NCBI GenBank assembly: GCA_035221665.1
Contig: CM069138.1
Coordinates: forward strand, 70,308,001 to 70,372,000
Direction: 5' to 3'
Length of the DNA stretch: 64,000 nucleotides
DNA from: Okamejei kenojei
Taxonomy: Eukaryota
The position numbers and the translations under genes are program-made. The notes under the pieces are model-generated. The model made no database searches. It saw nothing but the letters and a program-made list of their open reading frames with translations, and had not been told where the DNA came from. Below, piece by piece: positions 35,616 to 49,800 of this stretch. Each line of letters begins with the position of its first letter. Position 1 is the first letter of the stretch.

Positions 35616-36914
35616 AATGGCATTGTTTTATAATACATTCAAATTTGAATTGTTATTATTTTAGATAACATCCAAGCTTCAAGGTCTTGGATAAGAGGAG
35701 AAATCACTCAGTGTTAACATGTGAAGAAGGTGGAGATTGATACAGAGGTATTTCAACATGTCTTGGTTCAAACAAAATGAGACTACAAGATGAGAAAGAA
35801 ATGGCAGAGCAGGGACAAGAAAGGAATGCTCCGTGCAGAAAACAGTCATATCAGTGTTGATAAAATAGAGAAAGACAAGAAAGGTTGCAACATAAAAAGT
35901 TTAACGCTGGAGGTGAGATGCAATAGTTGAGAGTGGATTTATCACTACTTAATCAACAAGACAGGGAGTTTGTTGACAAGTTCAAAAGATCGGTCGATAA
36001 ACTAGTTATTAAACATGTCATTTGCCTTTTGCATGTCCTCAACAAATCACAAAAACTTGCCACTCAACTAATCAACAGTTTTGTGGTGGATATTTGTCAC
36101 CAGATTGCATGGCATTATATATGCCCCAGATGTCAAGGAATTCCAGACTTTCTAAATATCCTATAAGCTCTGAAACAAATCTTTTGATGACACTCGACCA
36201 GTCCAGAAAACATTGGCTCCATGAAAATGCTTTATAAGATTGATTCTTCAAATTTATTGACCAGATTTGTTCTGGTAACAAAGAAGGCAAGCAAATCGAT
36301 TGCATGTAAATATGGCCAATGTGATACAAACAAATGGGGGCTAAAGGTTAGTGGGCACCTCTGGTTTTACTCACTTACTGGGTTCAATTCCTGGCTTAAA
36401 ATCTATAAAGGGTATAAATGAAAAGAAAAAAAATCAATGCAAATTTACTGTATATAATGTCATCACATTATTTATATGCAACGTAGGACTGTTTTTTAGG
36501 TTAAAGAAATGCACCGGAAAAATCTATTCCAGAGCTAAACTTGAGTTTTCATGGAAGAAAGTATATTTGCCCAATATCATATGTCAAAAATGATTTATTT
36601 TTTAAAAGTATTTTACTTCATAGTCTTTGATTTGAACTTTGGTTCCATTGAAATTAATGGTGATCTTAAAATTGGAGTGTTAAAAATGTTCTGCACCCAA
36701 AGCTGAGAGCTGATCAAGAGAATCACATTTGTGTTACAATTTGTTTTTAAAGAAAACTTTAAAAAGGAAGCAATTACATTTTCTGAATTAAATATGTAAG
36801 TACAGAAATAAAACAATTTGATGGTTGCTCCTGCAGCATGTTATTCCCTTTACAGAATAAGAATTGTATGTGAGTAATTTCAGAAACAAACTTAGATTTG
36901 TTGCCAGGGTTGTC

Positions 36915-37030
36915 ATGGGTTATGTGGAGAAGGCAGGAGAATGGGGTTAGGAGGGAGAGATAGATCAGCCATGGCAGGTTAGACTAGATGGGCCAAATGG
37001 CCTAATTCTGCTCCCATCACTTATGACCTA
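36915..37030 (+). mobile_element. CR1-type 3' tail fragment
   Basis: ggagaaggcaggagaatggggtt...gggccaaatggcctaattctgctcc. Confidence 0.7.
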
Positions 37031-37112
37031 ATGACGTAACAATTACAGAAAAAAACTTTTTTTTTAATATCCTATCTTTCATTCTATCTCAAAACACTTT
37101 TATAGTCAGTGA

Positions 37113-37224
37113 AAGGTAGACAAAAATGTTGGAGAAACTCAGCGGGTGAGGCAGCATCCACTGAGTTTCTCCAGCATTTTTGTCCACTTTCGATTTTTCC
37201 AGCATCTGCAGTTCTTTCTTAAAC
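37113..37224. repeat. Short inverted Penelope-derived repeat
   Basis: aaggtagacaaaaatgttggagaaactcag / ctgagtttctccagcatttttgtccacttt. Confidence 0.75.
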
Positions 37225-37609
37225 ATTTATAATCAATGAAGTGCTTTGAGGGGTTGCAGCAGTAATGTAAGAAATGTAGCAATTTCTACTTAAAGCAATA
37301 TGACAAACAACTGTATCTGATAATAAGCAATTCAAAAGGAAATTACTGCAGATGCTGGAGATCTGAAATAAAAATTGGCATGCTAAGTATTTCAAGCATT
37401 TTTATTGCAAGTCTCTGAAGGAGTATTAAAATCTTCTGACTGCAAAGGAGGGCTGTGACTAACATAGTCACAGTTTGAGTAAATGTATATATTTCTGAGT
37501 TGTTTACCTGTTTTATCTTCTGTTGAATTCCTAAAGGACCACACTTCTTTCTGTGCTGCAAGGAGGTTAAAAACCTGCTCCCACTTTTTAGCAAAGTCCT
37601 TTATAAGTT

Positions 37610-37795
37610 CGTACATTCTAGGAGCAGAATTAGGACATTTGGTCCATCAAGTCTACTCAGCCCATTCAATCAAGCTGATCTATTTTTCCCTCTCAACTGC
37701 ATTCCCCTGCCTTCTCCCATAACCCCTGACACATTTACTTGAATCTTGAATCTGCCAATCTCCACCTTAAAAATATCAATTGACTTGGCTTCCAC
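37610..37795 (-). mobile_element. CR1-type 3' tail fragment
   Basis: ggagcagaattagg..cccctgccttctcccataaccc. Confidence 0.65.
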
Positions 37796-38149
37796 GGCTG
37801 CTTAGCTGTCAATAGGATTGAGAGACAGTCCACATGATCCATGTCCCTCCATCCCCTGCCAAATAAGACAAGGATGCTGCCTGAGTTAATCCAGCGCTCT
37901 TTGATTTACTCAAGATTTGCTCAAAACTGCAGTTTGTCCAGGCAAAATGTGTAGATGTTAAATGTGCATCCATAGGAAGCTCATCAGGCCGCTCTTGATG
38001 TCAGCTGCTTTGATGCCAGCATTACTACTCAGTACTCCAGTTATTTCCAAAGATCTTGATTGTCTCGATGAGTAAGATTCAGCAGAAGGATGGATCCTGA
38101 CCAGTTCTATTGAAAGGGTCACCGACAAATTCCAGATGAGGCTTTGCCA

Positions 38150-38290
38150 GCCCCCTCCATTCTTTCAGTCCAGAGGAAGGGTCTCAACCTGAAACATTGA
38201 CTGTCCATTTTCCTCCACAGATGCTGCCTGGCCTGCTGAATTTCTTCAGCTATTATGTGCTCTTCTTCTGATTCCAGCATCAGCACTCTT
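38150..38290 (+). repeat. Penelope-derived short repeat
   Basis: gaagggtctcaacctgaaacattgac...cacagatgctgcctggcctgctga. Confidence 0.7.
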
Positions 38291-38722
38291 TTATGTCTCT
38301 GGGTTCTGATTGATTTATTTTGGCTATTGGTTTGCCTCTTCAAAATTATTTGATGTCTTTTAGAATTGTTCCAGGTTTCAAGTCTAGGAGAGTTGGGATG
38401 ATGGCAAGTACTAATTCCATATCTAACTTATAGGCTTTTGCATTCCCTGGAATATACCATAACTTGCCGAATGAATAGGATGTGCATTCACCAGCACAAA
38501 CGGCTGGCAAGGAAAAGAGAAGGGGAATGTGGATTCTGACTGAAGGCCATATCTATCCAGCCAACTATTTTTAAAATTGTTTCACAACCCATGTGCGTAT
38601 TTTTTTGGGAACCAAATTTTGTCTCCTTGTGTAGTTTCAAGATGTATTAACAATTTACAAAAATAGCTGAGATGACTTGTCACAGGAAGAAAATCAGATA
38701 AAGTTACAAGGAAAGCCCAACT

Positions 38723-39010
38723 ACACCGTGGTAGAGCTGCTGCCCTAACAGTGCCAGTGACCTGGGTTCGATCCTGACTAAAATTGCTTGTCTGTATGGA
38801 GTTTGTACATTCTCCCCGTGGGTTTTCTCAGGGATCTCCGGTTTCTTCCCACACTCAGGACGTACAGGTCTGTAGGTGAATTGGCTTGTATAATTGTAAA
38901 TTGTCCCTAGTGTGTGTAGGCCAGTGTATGTGTGTGGAGATCGCTGGTCGGACCCTCAGAGGGTAGAATGCCCTGTTTCCGCGTTGTATTTCTAAACTAA
39001 ACTAAATTAA
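38723..39010 (+). mobile_element. V-SINE/HE1-like SINE
   Basis: gggttcgatcctgact B box, core and (aaact)n tail. Confidence 0.88.
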
Positions 39011-39403
39011 ATGCCATTTTCTTCTACCTCTCTTAGACCAAGCTCAAAAACGGACCTCTAAGGACAAAACATTCATAGAAATACCTAGATCAATGCAAAT
39101 TCAGTCAAAAATGAGGAATAGGTGCACGGGGATGGAAGGAATAAAGCATGAAGCATAAAATAAAGCATAATTAAAAATAAATCATAATCCAAGCAACAGA
39201 GACAAAATATAAACAGAAGATGGGGCAATCATCACCACAAGATGTGCAAAGATGGTCTCAAGATTACAGTGTATTTACCATAACATTGTGGAAGATGCAA
39301 AGTACATTAGGACTTTTGGACTAACTTTCTGCAGCGAAAGCTTTGCATGAAGATGGAGGAGTTTCTCATGATTGCTTTCTGCATCATGATTCCACGATTC
39401 AAT

Positions 39404-39655
39404 TTTTCACACAGAGAGTGGTGAATCTGTGAAATTCTCTGCCACAGAAGGTAGTTGAGACCAGTTCATTGGCTATATTTAAGAGGGAGTTGGATGTGGC
39501 CCTTGTGGCTAAAGAGATCAGGGGGTATGGAGAGAAGGCAGGTACAGGATACGGAGTTGGATGATCAACCATGATTATATTGAATGGCGGTACAGGCTCG
39601 AAGGGCCGAATGGCCTACTCCTGCACCTATTTTCTATGTTTCTATGTTTCTATGA
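39404..39655 (+). mobile_element. CR1/HER1 3' end
   Basis: Nearly identical to 20398-20640 and 28700-28948. Confidence 0.9.
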
Positions 39656-42600
39656 TCTACCAAATAATCTCAAGGACAAGTTAATGATAGACGACTGAAT
39701 GCCCAGCAAATTTCATTTGATGCTGGTGGGCATTGAATGGACATATCAAATGCGAGGGGTGAAGGAAGGCTTTCAACACCCTGTGCCTTTCTATCTCTTG
39801 GTAAGAACAACCCAATTAGTCCCAATGCTCAATTATTTCCCCAAATCCCTGAAAACATTTATTTTTCCATATATATCCACATCTAAAAGTTGCTATTGAA
39901 TTGACTTCCACGTGCTTTTCAGGGAATACAATCCAGACCATGGCATCTCATTGATTAATGAGGTTATTGGTGAGTCCCTTATCAAAATCAATAACTCGAA
40001 ATAAGTGGGCTTGGAGGGTTAAAACTATTTTTTTCACAGAATTTCAGAACATGAAAATATAAAAACAATTTGAATTATAAAATTATTGTAACTGCATTAA
40101 ATGTAGCTTCCCTGTAATTTTCTGAAAATAATTAACATTGGAATTACTGGTGACCTTTCCACAATGTGTGGGTGGGTCTTTTCCCAATACCACGTTAAAT
40201 GTTGATTGATGTAATGTTAATTGTCAATAGAAACATTGTCATATAAATAACGTAACCTACAACCTGTAACCAATGCAGTGATTTTAAGGTCAATTTTGCA
40301 GTCATTTTTAATGATTTTTTAAAAATATATATATTTAGTCCATATCACTGCAGACTTCAGAAACCCAAAATATTTGACCTCTTAAATTATTAGTCAGCGT
40401 GAGGTTTATGCAAACTGTGGTTACAAAATAAACGGTGAAGTTTTGGTTTAAACAATTATTCAACATGTCATTAGTGTCATTTACAAAAGCCTTGGTATCC
40501 TTTTCATAATATTCTCACTTCAGTATATTCCTTTCTTGTTAAACATCAGAGGCAACTCTTCAGAATATTAATATAAAATGGCACAATCTAATCTCCGTGA
40601 ATTTCTAACCATATACCTCAACATTGCGTACCGCTGTAAATGCATTGTAATTTTCTGAATGATGGCTCCCTCTGCAAAAGCAAGTAAACAGAAGAACAAA
40701 GTTGGAGGCAGCACTAACTAACAATTGTCTTTGGAACTAATTTAATGGGGAGGGGAAGGTGATTGATGCTAAATAAGATTCATAAAAATCGAATATAACA
40801 TTTTTAATTGAGTACGGTTGAAGATTATTCTTTAATTGAATAATTGAATAATCATCGCATCCCTACTGTAGTGCATCATAAACAGCTCTCACAATTAAGA
40901 AGCCTCCTGCACTTCAAAGAACATTCACTGATGCCTATTATAAGGCACTTTAATTTGAAGCTGTGGCTGATCAAGAAAAATTGCGATGCTAATAAAGGCA
41001 AAATACAAAGAAATTTGGACAAAATGACTCTCTGCATCACAGATTTTGTTTACTAGTGGGTAATTAATTCCTCACATATGTTGGGAACATCTGTCGCGGT
41101 GACCTGCCATAGTATCTGCGAAATTACTGCTGTGCTGTTCCTCCGCAGGTCATTAGCACCACCGCTGAAATTAGTCTTCTTTTTCCTATATTATCTAAAG
41201 TGTTTCTAACGTTGTTTTTTTTGGTGCAGTTTTACAAAGAATCAATGGAATTATTCCAGAGGAGCTTCCGAGGTTTGATCTCATCATTGGTCTAATGCAA
41301 TTGTCCATCTTTTGTGGCACTGCGCACTGCATAATAAAGTAATATGGATAATCTTATTTGCGTACCCTTAGGAATGCTATGCCTGTTATTGTATTAGATT
41401 CTTAATGAGATTCCTCACTGTTTTGTATTCTTAAAATATGAATTTGTCCATTTATATTCCATCATTAATTTTATACAAATGTGCCCTTGAATCTAACCCT
41501 CTTTCTTGCCCTACATCCTACAGCAGTGCGAGATTGGTTCAATTCTTCATGTTTAATATTGAGATACTGAACACAAGGACAAAGGCGATTTCTGCACCTA
41601 TCCTAAACAAATGTTTGGTTCAAATAATGGAACAAATTTAAAAAGTCACGCATGCAAGATTTTGTTCTTGGGATTTGTTTTCACACTAACCTTTCAAAGG
41701 TGCCGAATGGACAATATACCACCTACACAAAAAAGGTTTGAAGGCACTAGTTTCATCATGTCCTTAACAATATTAAAGTCAGGTATCTAACCTAAAACCA
41801 AATAGCAGCAAAATTATAAGATTTGAAAAAAAAAGATTCCTGAGGAGTTTGCATTTCATTCTGTAGGTTTGTTTCTGCAGCATTTATTCTAAATATGTTT
41901 AATACGAAAATCATAAATATCTCATTTATTTAACTTCTGATGTGCACTTAATAAAATATGGTTGAAAAGGAATAAAACTAATGAACTAATTTCAATATAT
42001 CATCTATAAACACAGCTTTCAAATCTCTGGTGCGCCAATAACATTTTGAACAAGAATCGATAATAGTATTTTCTGAAAATTATTAAATATGTAATTTGCT
42101 GTAATTTGATGTGAATTGGCAGCAATTATAAAATCACTAGTTTGTAATGCTTTGTGAAACATCCATAAAGAATATTTTTAATTCCTAGTTAGCAATACAT
42201 TTACATTTTTTAAACTGGGAAATTAACCTGCTGTACAGGCATGTACACTTTTTTTTGTTTATTCACACAAATTAATAGTTCCCTTCATTGTGGAACCCAC
42301 AGGCAGTCAGATTGCATCTGAATTCATCTAAGTGCAGCAGCAAATTGATGAAAATTATTAAAAACCCATTAGGTGGGCATTACCTCTTTAAGACAAAGGG
42401 GGATTGAAAAAGTGCATCAACTGAGGTGATAGATCATTTCTAAAAGATGTTTAAATATCTGTTGTCTGTTCTCATCGCTGATGCTATAATTACAAAATAC
42501 TTTCAGGCTCTTTGAGAGCTAAATAATTTTGCAATGCATCATTGAACATTTAGTTGCTTTGCAAGCAGATGGTTTCAGGGTTCCATCTGCTCGCTGAGAT

Positions 42601-43657
42601 GTCTTCAACAAGCCCTCTTCACCTTCAGCAAAAGGTTCAAAAGCATTTGAATATTCAGCCTGTCATTGCAGGTGCCTTCTTCTGTCCCAGCGAGCCCGCG
42701 CACTGGGCCGTGGTCACACTTACACATGAGACTGACTCTGGCAGGTCTGCGCGGGTCACTGCTTCCGACCCAGGCACCAGGCATAATTCTGCCGCGCTGC
42801 AATTCTGTTACCTCTTCTCTCCAATTTCATATTCCACTTGGTTTCTTCGGGAGGTGCACAGCTATACCATTCGGGTCAAGAGCATGCAGTAGTTATTTTA
42901 ATCCTGCTATCTTAAATATATATATATTTTATTTGTTCCCCAGCTCATCGGCAGTCAGTTTCAGCAGCTGATGAATGCTCTGGCAGGGAGTGTAAGTGAG
43001 CAGTCACAAGCCATTACTTCAATTTCAGTTTCTGATATCATCTCGTTTAACCATCACTACAAAACACTTATATTTGTCCACAGAAAATAGTAACAGCGCT
43101 GAGCTGTGCCAAGGAAAATTGTTTTACATCAAAAGCAAATAACATTTTGTATGTCAGCCTAAACCTCAACCCAACTAGCTGGCATCGATACGGAGCCTTA
43201 TATAAAAAGACATGCAATTACAATTTACTTCCTAATGACTTTTTTTTAAGCCTTACTTTAAAATTATTCCTTTTATCTTCTCGCACACTGCAACAAAACA
43301 TAAACAAATTTTCTGATCCTCCCTTAGATGAAGCCATTCTGGATCCATGTCTTCAAAAGGGGGATGCGAGCAATGGTTTGTGCTCAACAAGGGGAAACAT
43401 TAACTCACATTTACTGCATTCTCTTGATGTCTGACTCAAACCAGTAGCTTGCCACGTGGGGGAATGCAGTTAAAAGCTGCATCACAATAATTCTCTGGGG
43501 GATCTGCAAGGAAGATGGTAAGGTAAACCAACAAAGTGGTTAATTAAAACAGAATAGCTTTGAGAAGAAAGGATTCCTTATCCACTGCCTACCACCAGTC
43601 TGTTCAAATTAAACAAATGTAACATCTACATTGAGAGTAGTTGATCACATGTTACGA

Positions 43658-43928
43658 TTTAGTTTAGTTTAGAGGTACAGTGTGGGAACAGGGCCTTCTG
43701 TCCACCGATTCCACGCCAACCAACGATCACCCGTACACTAGATCTATGTTATCCCAGTTTTGCATCCCACACACTAGAGGGCAATTTACAAACCTGCACA
43801 TCTTTGGAATACGGGAGAAAATCCATGTGGTCACAGGGAGAATGTAAAAACTCTTTACAGACAGCAAGTGTAGTCAGGATCGAACCCGGGTCCCGGGCGC
43901 TGTATGGCAGCAACTTCATTGTGCCGCC
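43658..43928 (-). mobile_element. V-SINE/HE1-like SINE
   Basis: rc match to the other copies. Confidence 0.85.
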
Positions 43929-44229
43929 TTAATTCTTAAAGGAGTATATTTCTCTGCTATGTATCAACTACACTCAAACAAGCAGGTAACTTATTTACAA
44001 GAGACAGGCTTCCTAGGACTTTTTCCTGAACATTGCTGCTTTATATACCCAAAACTGTCAGCGGCATACTACAAACCTTAAATGGGTACATACTATTATT
44101 ATATGAATCACATAAATCAAATTCCTTCCTTGATAACCATATAAAGGAAAATAAAAAGATATTAAAGAATTGTCCAGTCGAGGTTTACTTAGGTCCTACA
44201 GATCCTTTGGGCAATGAACCAACTTTTGA

Positions 44230-44700
44230 TATCTGAGTCCACACCGTTTTGTCCAATCATGCACTCTTATGATCTGAAAGGTGGTTTATGTTGAGTCACT
44301 ATTGCCATCTGCTTTGTCTTGTGTTGGTTTGATGCAAGCTTCATCCTCCCTGGTCGCCAAGCTCAGCAGCAGCTTATACTGTGTCTGCCTTCTTTTGGCT
44401 GCCTTGGACTTTTTCTCTATATCCTCTGCAGGCCTACCATACTTCCATGATGGCCTGCCATCTTTCTGTTCCATAACATTGTATTTCACCACTTATCACT
44501 TCATTCCTTAATTCATCACCTTTAAGGAAGATCCGTTCACTGGCTTGTACATCAGTCTTATAGGACAATGCTTTCAGCAGCACTGCTTTGAGATTGACGT
44601 CTTGCTTCTTGAGGACATTACATTTCCTCGAGAGTTAAATTGAAACGCTACTGGCTGCCCTTGCATAAATATCTCCAGTAAGTGATCCTTCCACAGAGAA
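44230..44700 (-). mobile_element. Possible ancient RTE-type LINE 3' remnant
   Basis: Broken frames PIRLMYKPVNGS and DGRPSWKYG..IEKKSKAAKRRQ loosely resemble RTE C-termini. Confidence 0.3.
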
Positions 44701-44965
44701 ATGACGTCAGGAGCACTAAGTACATTGTGTTAAACATGCACTCTGATCCTGCTGTATAAGATGTAGTGGAAAGATTTCTCTTCATTGTCTCAATTCTTTA
44801 GACAGATTTCTGGAGATCAGGATTTTTTTCCTTTGGTGCAGTATCCCACTTGAATCACACAGCTTGCTACCTGTCAGTACACAACTTTATGTTATCTTAA
44901 TTGGGAGCGACACCATTCAGCATTTGGTCTCAGGTGCTGGGAAGGAGACACACATGCTGGGAGCA

Positions 44966-45281
44966 TTTAGTTTAGTTTAGAGATACAGCGCGGAAATAGA
45001 CCCTTCGGCCCACCGAGTCAGCACCGACCAGTGATCCCCGTACATTAACACTATCCTACACTGGGGCTAATTTTTACATTTATTCCAAGCCAATTAACCT
45101 ACAAACCTGTGTGTCTTCGAAGAGTGGGAAAAAAAAACGAAGTTCCTGGAGAAAACCCACCCAGATAATGGGGAGAACGTAGAAATTCCGTACAAACACT
45201 CATAGCCAGGATCACACCTGGGTGTCTGGTGCTGTAAGCGCTGTAAGGCACCAACTCTACCGCTGCGCCACCGGGCTGCCC
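44966..45281 (-). mobile_element. V-SINE/HE1-like SINE
   Basis: rc match to the full copy. Confidence 0.88.
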
Positions 45282-45715
45282 AAAGCCTTACACGAGGCAG
45301 GGTAAGAGGAAGTATAGTCACGCTAGCTGTGGGAGTCTGCCGGCTTGTAATAAACACTGGTTACTAGCCTATCCCCCGAGATGGAGACAGCGGGATTCAG
45401 AAGGGGAAGAGAAATCAAAGATGGAAAAGGGCAGTGAAAGGGATGAAACTTGTTATGCGAGTGCAACTGTTGAAGGTTGGAAAGAGAGTTGAGGGAGGGG
45501 TCCTGACTAGGACTGAAAAAAAGATTACTCCAGGTAACTCACTAAAAGCCAGGTAAAGCTTTGGCCCATGTAAGGTTCCATAGCTGCATCTTTTGTAAGG
45601 ATAAAGTGAGAAAAAGGTTAGGTTATTCAACATGAGCACAAGTTCGGCCAGGCAAATAGGTGTACTGATGGATGGGAACTGGTTGGAAGAAACAGAGAAC
45701 CCTCAGCACATCCTG
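45282..45715 (-). mobile_element. Penelope-like RT fragment
   Basis: SISGDRLVTSVYYKPADSHS*.DYTSSYPASCK on the minus strand, typical of the Penelope RT thumb; decayed GVAMGT-like region upstream. Confidence 0.75.
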
Positions 45716-45734
45716 ATATGATATGGAGACAGTC

Positions 45735-45980
45735 ATACTACGTGGAGACAGGCACTTCCACCCAACCTTCCCCCGTCAACCCACATGGCTAGTCTACACT
45801 AGTCCCACCTGCCAGCATTTGACCCATATCATTCTAAACCTATCCTAGCCACGTACCTCTCTAAATGTTCTTTTAAACATTGTGATAGTACTTGCCTCAA
45901 CCAACTCACCTGGCAGCTCGTTCCATGTACCTGCCATGCTCTGTGTAAAAAAGTTGCCCCTCAGCTTCCCATTCAATCTC
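45735..45980 (-). mobile_element. CR1 3' fragment
   Basis: LRGNFFTQSMAGTWNELP..VEASTITMFK. Confidence 0.8.
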
Positions 45981-46859
45981 CCTTTGTGTACTTTGCATAT
46001 TGGATGCAAAAACAAAGAATTAGGTACATGTAACACTAAAATATCATTTGAATCATTGCATCTGCATCATCATGATCAGAGTTGCTGTTTAACACAAATA
46101 TTCATGGTTATATAATGGACTCAAGAGTTAGAACTGCAATTTAATGTTTTATGTTAGACCTAAATGGATGATTACTGTACACTTCAGCTTATGCCAATTC
46201 TTGTCCAGAATAATCCAAAGCCGCTATACCCACATTATTACATCATCCCTGTATATAAAGTATTTAATTCACTTCGGTCCTCAATTATCACTGAACCTCA
46301 AATGGATAAAATAGTCTTTCTCCACTGAATCCATGAAATCTCTTAATAACTTTCTTCTTAAATCTCCTCTGAACCTTTTATGTTGCTGAGCAAATATTTC
46401 CAGTTATCACATGGTATCTTAAAGCTACAGTTCTTCCTCACTGATAGAATTATGATAAATCCATCTAGTACACTCTATTCCTTAAGCAGGCCTCGGGATC
46501 TGAGACATTTGTCTAACATTTCCTATGCACAAACTTATGTTTATCATTATTAATTCACAAAACATGGTGGAATAGGAACTGTAAAGAATCCCCTTCTTCT
46601 GGGTGTTGAAGTCTAACCCACATATCTGTGAATGTTAGTTTAGCTTCAGAGTCTTAGTGATTCTTTGGCACCTGGGTAGTAATCAAGGGAATTGTATTGC
46701 ATAACCTATAGGCAGCTTAGCCAGTTTCCATTCAGAAGAAATGTGCAATGAAAATGAATAGTAGAGCTAAGAGGACTTGATGTTTCAATCCCTGTAATAA
46801 GTCGGCACGCTTGCTATTTGCAGTGGGATTGGAGTGGTGAAAGGTAGGGTAGGTATGTC

Positions 46860-49800
46860 ATTGGGGTCATCAGGTGGGCACCCTCCTTCTCTGACGTTTC
46901 ATTGATAAGCCCACAACATCTCCAGAGGGCTCAATGGTGATACTTGGCGTCCCAGTTACACCCCCCTCAATTCCATACCCTCCCGTCTTCATCTTGCAGC
47001 CCAATTGTTGTCTCTCCTTTTGATCCAAATCCAATTGCTTCTTTTTTCTGCAGAATTTGATAATGATTTGATTGTTTGTTGGAGGCAGCGACCCCTCACC
47101 CCCATTTTCTTTAATGGCCTGGTCATAGATGTAGCAACAAATCCTCTGCAGCCCACTTTGACAGGGAAAATCTTGGTCTTCCAGCCATTCTGGGAAGCTT
47201 CAGTTACCAGTGCAGAATACTTGGTCTTTTTCCTCTCATAAGCTTCTTCAACACCATCTTCCCATGGAACTGTCAATTCCACAAGGTATGGCTGTTGTGG
47301 ACCACAGGACCATGTCTGGCCGGAGTGTTGTAGCCACAATGTCTGGGGGAAACACACGCCTTTTTTCTAAGTCCACTTCCATTTTCCAATCCCGAGCAGG
47401 CTGCAGAACGCTTGCATCCATTGATGTTATCTGGTGCTCTGGAGGTTGGCCTGCTGGTACAAATGTTGTGAAGTGGACATTTCCTGCCGATGTTGGTGGG
47501 GAAGCATTTGTGATCGTTCGCCTCTGTTCAAGGATTGACGCCAGCTGTCTGAGAACTTGGTTATGCCGCCAAGTGTAACGCCCTTGGCCAAGGCTCATAG
47601 TGCATCCTGTTAAAATGTGCCTTAGTGATGCAGGTGCTTGGCAAAGAGAGCAAGTGGGGTCTTCTCTGAACCACTGTTTCAGGTTCTGGGGTGATGGTAG
47701 AACATCATAAGTGGCTCTGATGACAAAACTTAGCCGAGATCCTTCCATTTGCCAGATGTCACGCCAGTTGAGTTTCCTCTTTTCCAAGCTCTCCCAGTTA
47801 GTCCATTGGCCCTGCTTGGCCATTGAGACGGCCTTGGCGTGTCGCTCTGCCTCCTCCCGTCTTCTCACCTCCTCCACCACGAGCCGTCTTTTCTGCACTG
47901 ATGTTGCCTTGTGCCATTGAGGAGCTTTTGGGACGAGCCCGAGCCCGGCTCTCCCATGTTGGACTTGGCCAACCACATCCCGGAAATGAAGAGCAGACTT
48001 AACACTCTGAACGGCTTCAGATGGGGTCCACTTCCTCCCTGTTGCCACACGGGGGGGGGGGGGGGGGCGCTGTTCAAATAACAGTATCTTCAGATTCAGT
48101 GAAAGTCATGACCAACCTTGCTTTAGTGCATTTGAACTTTTCCACAAGTCCTGCAATGGGCAATTCCAATTTGCCACTCCCATACAGTCCGACAGCACTT
48201 AAGCATCGTGGAAGTCCAAGCCACTGTTTCACATGTGTGCTGATCATTCTTTCCAGCTTTTCCACTTTGTTGATGGGGATTTCATACATAGTTAAAGGCC
48301 ACATGATTCTTGGTAGTATGCCAAATTGGAAGCACCACAGCTTGAGTTTTCTTGGTAGCAAGGTCTTGTTGATGCGAGCTATGGGCATGATGGTATCCTT
48401 TTTCAGTTGTTCAAACCATCGCCCCAAACTCTTCACTGGCATTTCTGAAACCGTTGGAACAGGTATTCCGGCAATATGAAATCTTTGATCCTTGACTTGA
48501 CCTTTGACAATGGAGATGCTTCTGCACTTGCTGGGTTTAATCTTCATCCTTGTCCATGTGATGTTTTGATGAAGTTTTTTCAGAAGTCTCTTAGTGCAGG
48601 TGATACTGATAGTGTTGTTATATCGTCCATGTAGGCTCGTATCGGTGGCAATAGCTGACCACACTGTAGCTGTTTTCCTCCCACAACCCATTTTGATGCT
48701 CTGATAATGAGCTCCACTGCCATAGTGAAGGTCAATGGGGAGATGGTGCACCCCGCCATGATGCCTACCTCCAGTGGTCGCCACGCTGTGGTAAAGTCTG
48801 ATGTTGTGAGACAAAATTGCAGATCCCGGAAGTAGTTTTTTACCAGATTTGTTATTATTGCAGGCACCTGAAAGAATTCAAAAGCCGTCCACAGTAGCGA
48901 ATGAGGAACTGATCCATAGGCGTTGGCCAGATCGAGGAACAGGACATGCAGATTTTTTCGTTCTTTCTTAGCAGTCTGGATTTAATTTTACGATCAAGGC
49001 ATCCCGAGAAGCCTGCTATGCCAGCCTTTTGGATTGACGTATCAATGAAATGGTTTTGTTTCAGATACTTTGTAAGTCTTTTCGCCACCACACTGAAAAA
49101 GATCTTGCCCTCTATGTTAAGAAGGTTTATTTGCCGAAACTGTTCGATGGTGGCAGAATTTTTCTCTTTTGGGATCAGGACTCCCCCTGCTCTTTGCCAG
49201 GCTTTGGGGATGACTTCTTTCACACGCAACCCTCATGTTCCTCCAGAGGAATTTCAGAATATCTGGGGCATTCTTGTAGACACAATACGGAACACCATTA
49301 AGGCCTGGTGCAAAGGCCGATCTTGCCTTCCTCACTACTTCTTCTACCTCACTCAGCTTGGGAGGGCTGATGTTAAATTGATGTTGTGGGGGTGAGATTG
49401 GTGGGATGTCAGCGGGGACAAAAATTGGTTCATCAATGTGGATGGTTCTGATGTGTCCTTCAATCTCCTTTTTTGACGCTTTCAGGGATCCGCTTTTTTC
49501 TTTTGTGAAAATGCCTTTCACAAACTTAAAGGGATCTTTGTAGAAATCTGTTCTTGCTTTTTCCTTCTTTTTGCATCGTTTCCTTAAATCTGCGCAGCTT
49601 CGAGAGCCTCTGTTTTAGGTTGTTTGAAGGACATTGACATCCTCCTGCTGTTCCTTTTTTCCACACCTTCCTCAGGCTTCTTCTTTCTTTAACAAGTCGT
49701 TGGATTTCCTGGAGCTGACGGGACTTGGGGGGAGGAGGCCTATCTTTCCTGCTGAGTTGTTCCTTCTCACCAATTTCTCCTTTCCATAGCTGTAGACTAG

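Noticed and set aside
46860-46920. Hammerhead-like words (GAAACGTC ... CTGATGA) in the HERO 3' UTR, minus strand
   Set aside because: Helices I and II cannot be formed around the core, although a GTGGGC/GCCCAC stem is present
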